Shown here piece after piece: positions 5,659-7,390 of a stretch of DNA of 7,390 bases; positions within the stretch are counted from its first letter, which is position 1; every line of letters begins with the position of its first letter. The notes under the pieces were generated by a model. It saw nothing but the letters and a program-made list of their open reading frames with translations. It did not search any database and was not told where the DNA came from. Origin of the DNA: a virus (lineage: Duplodnaviria > Heunggongvirae > Uroviricota > Caudoviricetes); IMG/VR virus record IMGVR_UViG_2695420478_000017, positions 1 through 7,390 of that record, one strand, 5' to 3'. A program made the position numbers and the translations under genes.

Positions 5659-6003
5659 ATGTCAGATTTGGCTATGAAGGTTTTGAAATGGCAATCGACT
5701 GGCGATGTTGGCATCAGTAGCGCAACTCTTGCCTCAATCGCATGTGGACTGAAAAAGAATATCTATGGTCATCACTTCGGCGCTCCCCATGACGCAGCCG
5801 ATTTCAGACGATGCGTTGCACTTGTTGAGCAGATTCCAGAAATCAGAGATTCATTCAACAAGGTTGCAAAGCGCGTTCCGGCATTCAAAGGAATCCTCAA
5901 CGAATGGGATTCCCTCGTTGCTCTGTTGAAGTCTGAAATGAAGATACACGGAAACAAAGCACCAGAGACTTACAGAAGAATCAGCGAGCTACGCAAGGAC
6001 TAA
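5659..6003 (+). CDS. Hypothetical protein, 114 aa, unknown function
   Basis: Clean ORF with SD GGAGA at 5648-5652 (6-nt spacing); bracketed by a terminator upstream and a hairpin plus terminator downstream. Product not recognised. Confidence 0.6.
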   Translation: MSDLAMKVLKWQSTGDVGISSATLASIACGLKKNIYGHHFGAPHDAADFRRCVALVEQIPEIRDSFNKVAKRVPAFKGILNEWDSLVALLKSEMKIHGNKAPETYRRISELRKD

Positions 6004-6018
6004 CCATGAAATAACACC

Positions 6019-6037
6019 GCCTCACACTCGGTGAGGC
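6019..6037. other. Hairpin (gcctcac / actcg / gtgaggc) just after the stop of the 114-aa gene
   Basis: Perfect 7-bp inverted repeat with a 5-nt loop; no clear U-tract on either strand. Confidence 0.3.
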
Positions 6038-6072
6038 CTGTTCATTGCTCAATGATATCCAGACCTACCATC

Positions 6073-6096
6073 GCCGCATCAATGCGGCTTTTTCTT
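6073..6096 (+). terminator. Putative intrinsic terminator (gccgca / tcaa / tgcggc + TTTTTCTT)
   Basis: 6-bp stem at 6073-6078 and 6083-6088, followed by a T-rich tract at 6089-6096. Confidence 0.5.
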
Positions 6097-6108
6097 GCGT
6101 GTAATTGC
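6095..6108 (+). promoter_or_regulatory. CII-binding direct repeat TTGC-N6-TTGC, the pI-type activator site for int
   Basis: TTGC at 6095-6098 and at 6105-6108 (TTGCGTGTAATTGC), just upstream of the xis ATG at 6121. This is the arrangement known for lambda pI, whose transcript starts inside xis. Confidence 0.55.
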
Positions 6109-6120
6109 GGAGACTTTGCG

Positions 6121-6339
6121 ATGTACTTGACACTTCAGGAGTGGAACGCTCGCCAGCGACGCCCAAGAAGCCTTGAAACAGTTCGTCGATGGGTGCGCGA
6201 ATGCAGGATATTCCCTCCTCCGGTTAAGGATGGAAGAGAGTATCTGTTCCACGAATCAGCGGTAAAGGTTGACTTAAATCGACCAGTAACAGGTAGCCTT
6301 TTGAAGAGGATCAGAAATGGGAAGAAGGCGAAGTCATGA
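6121..6339 (+). CDS. xis: Excisionase Xis (72 aa)
   Basis: Internal Met of track ORF 6031-6339 gives MYLTLQEWNARQRRPRSLETVRRWVRECRIFPPPVKDGREYLFHESAVKVDLNRPVTGSLLKRIRNGKKAKS, matching lambda Xis; 3' end overlaps the int start. Confidence 0.9.
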   Translation: MYLTLQEWNARQRRPRSLETVRRWVRECRIFPPPVKDGREYLFHESAVKVDLNRPVTGSLLKRIRNGKKAKS

Positions 6340-7390
6340 GCGCCGGGATTTACCCCCTAACCTTTATATAAGAAACAATGGATATTACTGCTACAGGGAC
6401 CCAAGGACGGGTAAAGAGTTTGGTTTAGGCCGAGACAGGAGGATAGCAATCACTGAAGCAATACAGGCCAATATTGAGTTACTCTCAGACAGCGGACGCA
6501 AATCACTAATAGACAGAATTAAAGGCGGTGACGCAATCACTCTTCATGTGTGGCTTGACCGATATGAAACAATCCTCACCGAAAGGGGGATCAGGCCGAA
6601 AACTCTACTCGACTACGCCAGCAAAATCAGGGCAATCCGAAGAAAATTGCCGGACAAACCGCTCACTGACATATCAACGAAAGAAGTGGCAGCAATGCTA
6701 AACACCTACGTAGCAGAAGGTAAAGCAGCTTCCGCAAAATTAATCAGGTCAACCCTTGTTGACGTTTTTCGTGAAGCAATAGCCGAGGGGCATGTGGCAA
6801 CGAATCCGGTAACAGCAACCCGTACAGCAAAGTCAGAAGTAAGGCGCTCAAGGCTGACAGCTAATGAGTATGTCGAGATTTACCATGCAGCCGAACCTCT
6901 CCCTATCTGGCTAAGGCTGGCGATGGATTTGGCCGTCGTTACAGGGCAGAGAGTCGGCGATTTGTGCAGAATGAAATGGTCAGACATAAACGACAACCAT
7001 CTTCACATTGAACAGAGTAAAACAGGGGCTAAACTCGCCATTCCGCTAACGCTAACGATTGACGCGCTCAATATCTCATTGGCTGATACACTACAGAAAT
7101 GCAGGGAGGCCAGCAGCAGTGAAACTATAATCGCATCAAAGCATTACGATCCTCTTTCCCCGAAAACAGTATCAAAGTATTTTACAAAGGCGAGAAATGC
7201 ATCTGGACTCTCATTTGATGGAAACCCGCCAACATTCCATGAACTGCGTAGCCTGTCAGCGAGGCTATACCGGAACCAGATTGGCGATAAATTTGCTCAA
7301 CGTCTTCTCGGGCATAAATCAGATTCAATGGCGGCGCGGTATAGAGACAGCCGTGGACGGGAATGGGACAAAATTGAAATCGACAAATGA
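6317..7390 (+). CDS. int: Tyrosine-family site-specific integrase Int (357 aa)
   Basis: N-terminus MGRRRSHERRDLPPNLYIRNNGYYCYRDPRTGKEFGLGRDRRIAITEAIQANIEL matches lambda Int; C-terminal catalytic signature present (VVTGQRVGDL, HELRSLSARLY, LLGHKSDSMAARYRD). Stop codon is the last 3 nt of the window. Confidence 0.95.
   Translation: MGRRRSHERRDLPPNLYIRNNGYYCYRDPRTGKEFGLGRDRRIAITEAIQANIELLSDSGRKSLIDRIKGGDAITLHVWLDRYETILTERGIRPKTLLDYASKIRAIRRKLPDKPLTDISTKEVAAMLNTYVAEGKAASAKLIRSTLVDVFREAIAEGHVATNPVTATRTAKSEVRRSRLTANEYVEIYHAAEPLPIWLRLAMDLAVVTGQRVGDLCRMKWSDINDNHLHIEQSKTGAKLAIPLTLTIDALNISLADTLQKCREASSSETIIASKHYDPLSPKTVSKYFTKARNASGLSFDGNPPTFHELRSLSARLYRNQIGDKFAQRLLGHKSDSMAARYRDSRGREWDKIEIDK

Larger units (their letters stand above)
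1..7390 (+). mobile_element. Lambdoid phage/prophage early-left region (cIII-kil-gam-bet-exo ... xis-int); partial element, continues beyond both window ends
   Basis: Co-linear + strand gene set whose translations match lambda CIII, Kil, Gam, Bet, Exo, Xis and Int; overlaps between adjacent genes match lambda (cIII/kil 32 nt, kil/long-gam 46 nt, gam-bet 5 nt gap, xis/int overlap). Confidence 0.85.

Noticed and set aside
6031-6120. N-terminal extension of xis (track ORF start 6031)
   Set aside because: The recognisable Xis sequence begins at the internal Met (6121); the extension covers the terminator and CII-box region and would not match the 72-aa Xis.
7046-7057. Short tandem repeat ctaacg-ctaacg inside int
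   Set aside because: Only two copies of a 6-mer within a coding region (encoding PLTLTI); no evidence of a repeat array or CRISPR-like structure.
7360-7390. Possible attP, sib or tI at the int 3' end
   Set aside because: The window ends exactly at the int stop codon; the attachment site and downstream sib/tI structures would lie beyond position 7390 and cannot be assessed.

Overview
This window is the leftward (pL-driven, delayed-early) arm of a lambda-like temperate phage or prophage, with every credible gene on the + strand. The order is: unknown 181-aa gene (ea10/ral position) - cIII - kil - gam - bet - exo - orf60a-like - orf63-like - variable accessory block - xis - int. The window ends exactly at the int stop codon, so attP and sib/tI lie outside it. 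Protein identities were assigned by reading the translations against lambda protein sequences recalled from memory; no database search was run. The recombination and regulatory core (cIII, kil, gam, bet, exo, xis, int) is near-identical to lambda. The block at 3249-6003 is the part I could not match to lambda and is where any undescribed function would sit: a 27-aa hydrophobic peptide, a 71-aa protein, a TraR/DksA-type zinc-finger protein, an Ea22-like protein, a two-domain MazG-like/DUF551-like protein, a 59-aa zinc-ribbon protein, and a terminator-flanked 114-aa protein of unknown function. Two apparent lesions relative to lambda are visible: a -1 frameshift that removes the long-form Gam N-terminus, and a premature stop that trims the last 5 codons of Bet. 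No tRNA, rRNA, CRISPR array or IS element was detected. All minus-strand ORFs in the track look like antisense shadows.
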